A stretch of DNA of 64,000 nt. Origin: Pelolinea sp. (GTDB taxonomy: Bacteria; Chloroflexota; Anaerolineae; Anaerolineales; Anaerolineaceae). Shown here in pieces: positions 61,899-64,000 of this stretch. The stretch spans positions 22,797 through 86,796 of the forward strand of contig JAAZOD010000022.1 in the NCBI GenBank assembly GCA_012797975.1, read 5' to 3'. A program made the position numbers and the translations under genes. Positions within the stretch are counted from its first letter, which is position 1. Each line of letters starts with the position of its first letter. The notes beneath the pieces were generated by a model that was not told where the DNA came from, searched no databases, and saw only the letters and a list, made by a program, of their open reading frames with translations.

Positions 61899-63317
61899 AT
61901 GAAAACATTATTGAAATCAGGAAAAATCATTACCGCCTCCGACCAGTTTATCGGCGATGTGCTCATCGAAGGTGAAAAGATCAGTGCGGTCGGTTCCGAT
62001 CTTCATCCCGATGCGGATACCGTGATTGTGAATGCATCCGGTAAGTTCATTACCCCGGGTGGGGTGGATGCACATGCCCATTTTGATCTGCCTATGGCTG
62101 GAACGGTTTCATCCGATGACCATTACACCGGTTTGAAGGCTGCTGCCTTCGGTGGCACCACCACAGTGTTTGACTTTGTGTCGCAGGATGGACCATCGTT
62201 GAAAAAATGTGTGGATGCCTGGCATGCCAAGGCGGATGAAAAAGCGGCGGTTGATTTTGGCTGCCATATGAATATCACCGCTTTCAATGACCAGGTGGCG
62301 GGGGAAATTCCTGATCTGCGCGAGATGGGGATCAACAGCGTAAAAGTCTTCACTGCCTATAATGGGCGGCTGCGCCTGCAGGATGGCGAGATCTTTCAGG
62401 TTCTGCGTATTGCAAAAGAGAACCGCCTCCTGGTCATGGTGCATGCGGAAAACGGGGATGTGATCGATATTCTTACCGATGAAGCGGTGAAAGCGGGCCA
62501 TCATGCTCCCGAATGGCATGCTCTCACCCGCCCGGCGGAAGGTTCCATTGAAAATGTTTTTCGAACCATATCCCTGGCGCAACAGGCCCAGGCGCCGGTC
62601 TACATCGTTCACATGAATACCGCCGGTGAAGTGCAGATTCTGAAGAAAGCCAGGGAAAAGGGATTTCCGGTGATGGGAGAGACTTGCCCGCAGTATCTGT
62701 ATTTTACGGTCGATGATTTGCGAAAAGCGGATGGGGCAAAATGGATCTGCTCTCCGCCCATGCGGACCCGCGCGGACAATGAAGGTATTCAAAAGTTCTT
62801 GGGAGAGGGTGTTTTGCAGGTGATCGCAACGGATCATTGCCCATTCTTCTTTGATGGCACACATCCCATCCTTTATGAGGGGAAAGAGGTTCTCATTCCT
62901 GGGAAAGAACTGGGAAAGGATGATTTTACAAAGATCCCCAATGGCTTGCCAGGTGTGGGAGATCGCATGCTGGTGCTGTGGAATTATGGTGTGCGGAAGC
63001 AGATGATCACCCCCCAGCAATTTGTTGCCATGACCTCTACAAACCCGGCAAAGATCTTCGGCTTGTATCCTCAAAAAGGGACGCTTATGCCGGGTGCGGA
63101 TGCCGACGTGCTCGTCTGGAATAAAAATGCTCCGATTCGCTATGGAGTACGGTATGCGCAGCATCGCACCGATTACAACCTGTATGAAGGTTGGGAAATG
63201 CAGGATACGATCCAGAAAGTGTACTTGAGAGGAAAACTGATCGTGGATGATGGCAACTGGTTGGGGAGCAGAGGTCAGGGAAAATTCCTGGCCTGTTCTG
63301 ATCCAACGGTGATCTAG
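61899..63317 (+). CDS. dihydropyrimidinase / D-hydantoinase family cyclic amidohydrolase
   Basis: GGVDAHAHFDLP (HxH), KVFTAYNG (carboxylated-Lys region), VHAENGD, ATDHCPF. Confidence 0.85.
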   Translation: MKTLLKSGKIITASDQFIGDVLIEGEKISAVGSDLHPDADTVIVNASGKFITPGGVDAHAHFDLPMAGTVSSDDHYTGLKAAAFGGTTTVFDFVSQDGPSLKKCVDAWHAKADEKAAVDFGCHMNITAFNDQVAGEIPDLREMGINSVKVFTAYNGRLRLQDGEIFQVLRIAKENRLLVMVHAENGDVIDILTDEAVKAGHHAPEWHALTRPAEGSIENVFRTISLAQQAQAPVYIVHMNTAGEVQILKKAREKGFPVMGETCPQYLYFTVDDLRKADGAKWICSPPMRTRADNEGIQKFLGEGVLQVIATDHCPFFFDGTHPILYEGKEVLIPGKELGKDDFTKIPNGLPGVGDRMLVLWNYGVRKQMITPQQFVAMTSTNPAKIFGLYPQKGTLMPGADADVLVWNKNAPIRYGVRYAQHRTDYNLYEGWEMQDTIQKVYLRGKLIVDDGNWLGSRGQGKFLACSDPTVI

Positions 63318-63328
63318 GAGTCTTGCTT

Positions 63329-64000
63329 GTGCTGATCGGATTTGGTTTGCTCTGCTATGCAATCGCCCCTATAGCAGCTTTCTTCTTGAAACGCAGGAAA
63401 AAAGAGGAAGGACAGATCTGGCTGGTATTCTTGGCCGGTGCTCTGCTGGGCTCTCTGTTGATCTTTCTGAATCCGCTGTCCAGTGCGCAAAGTGACTCTC
63501 CTTTGCTGTGGTTTTCTTCGAATGCCATGCTGATCCCTGTGGACATGTACTGGGAAAAATCAGGCTGGGTTCTGGCTCAGTGCATTGCTCTTTTTATCTT
63601 GGTTTTTGTTGTCAAGAACTATCGGGAACGGGAAACTCGACCCATACCGTTCCGTTCGATTGTTTTTTTCATTTACACCGGAATTTTTAGCATTCTCTTG
63701 CTCAGTCTCCATAAAGAATTTGTGGTGGCGATCATACTATTGGGCTTGGATGGTTTGCGGCTGTGGCTGCGCTTTGCAAGGAATGAGGAGATCTTCTCTG
63801 CCAGAGGGAGTACCATTTCTCTGTTGTTACGGCTCATTTCCATTGTTCTCCTGATCTTGTTGGCGTCTCTTCTTGATGGCGGTATCACGGATGCCGCTTT
63901 CCATACCCTCTGCGCTTTGATGATCGGGATCATTTTTTTACGGGTGGGGGCAAACGGTATCGATCAGAGTTCCGTTGATCGCACAGTTTTTCGTGAAGAG
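63329..64000 (+). CDS. multi-pass membrane protein, 5' part only (runs off right edge)
   Basis: Not in the ORF track. GTG at 63329 has GGAG 8 nt upstream. I read 224 stop-free codons to the window end. The product is hydrophobic (VLIGFGLLCYAIAPIAAFFLKRRKK...). Confidence 0.5.
   Translation, partial: MLIGFGLLCYAIAPIAAFFLKRRKKEEGQIWLVFLAGALLGSLLIFLNPLSSAQSDSPLLWFSSNAMLIPVDMYWEKSGWVLAQCIALFILVFVVKNYRERETRPIPFRSIVFFIYTGIFSILLLSLHKEFVVAIILLGLDGLRLWLRFARNEEIFSARGSTISLLLRLISIVLLILLASLLDGGITDAAFHTLCALMIGIIFLRVGANGIDQSSVDRTVFREE

Noticed and set aside
62109-63362. 417-aa ORF on the minus strand
   Set aside because: It is antisense to the dihydropyrimidinase gene, which has clear amidohydrolase metal-site motifs. 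The composition is of the artefact type.
1-64000. CRISPR arrays, IS elements, integrases, prophage or rRNA genes
   Set aside because: I saw no direct-repeat/spacer periodicity, no transposase or integrase-like ORFs, and no rRNA-like sequence on either strand. The two tRNA genes have no adjacent integrase or attachment-like direct repeats that I could find by eye.

Overview
Densely coding 64-kb chromosomal window, about 53-55% GC by eye. I saw no rRNA, CRISPR array, transposase or integrase. I can support about 60 protein genes, two tRNAs (Arg-CCU, Pro-CGG), one c-di-GMP-I (GEMM-I) riboswitch and many intrinsic terminators. The gene content (LysW-like protein, DUF211, flavodiiron protein, radical SAM, ECF and BMP transporters, apparently leaderless starts) suggests an anaerobic Chloroflexota/Anaerolineae-like organism, but that is inference only. 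The ORF track uses GTG/TTG as well as ATG starts and omits ORFs that run off the window. I therefore added two partial genes (1-165 minus, 63329-64000 plus) and trimmed several over-extended ORFs to starts preceded by an SD. Main hunting results: (1) A co-directional, translationally coupled block at 34231-39907 (minus strand) joins a TGT-family transglycosylase, two tandem ArmA/Rmt (FmrO-family) 16S rRNA methyltransferase paralogues and an RsmF-like m5C methyltransferase. The TGT base-selectivity segment is completely replaced. RsmE, RsmI and a YhhQ 7-deazapurine transporter lie next to the block, so this is a cluster of 16S decoding-centre modification genes. (2) A candidate ATP-yielding ureide/nucleobase catabolic cluster at 47446-63317 has two non-canonical carbamoyltransferases, carbamate kinase, a COG0402-type deaminase, a dihydropyrimidinase, a BMP-type ABC importer and a GntR/HutC regulator. 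A recurring TTGTC-N1-2-GAC(A/C)A palindrome also occurs upstream of a distant NCS2 nucleobase permease. (3) Both transporter leaders share the same layout: palindrome, SD plus mini-ORF, hairpin plus U-run, then the real RBS. (4) A c-di-GMP riboswitch with a terminator platform precedes a small secreted low-complexity protein. (5) An AT-rich islet at 166-935 carries a doubly frameshifted NYN-domain gene and a promoter-to-terminator unit of about 50 nt (candidate sRNA), flanked by patatin-like and DUF2779 nuclease genes. (6) Candidate operators occur at feoAB (a perfect 14-bp palindrome over the -10, apparently leaderless) and as a repeated GAAATAT motif around fprA, VIT, DUF211 and radical SAM. 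All family assignments come from motif recognition by eye and memory. No database search was run.
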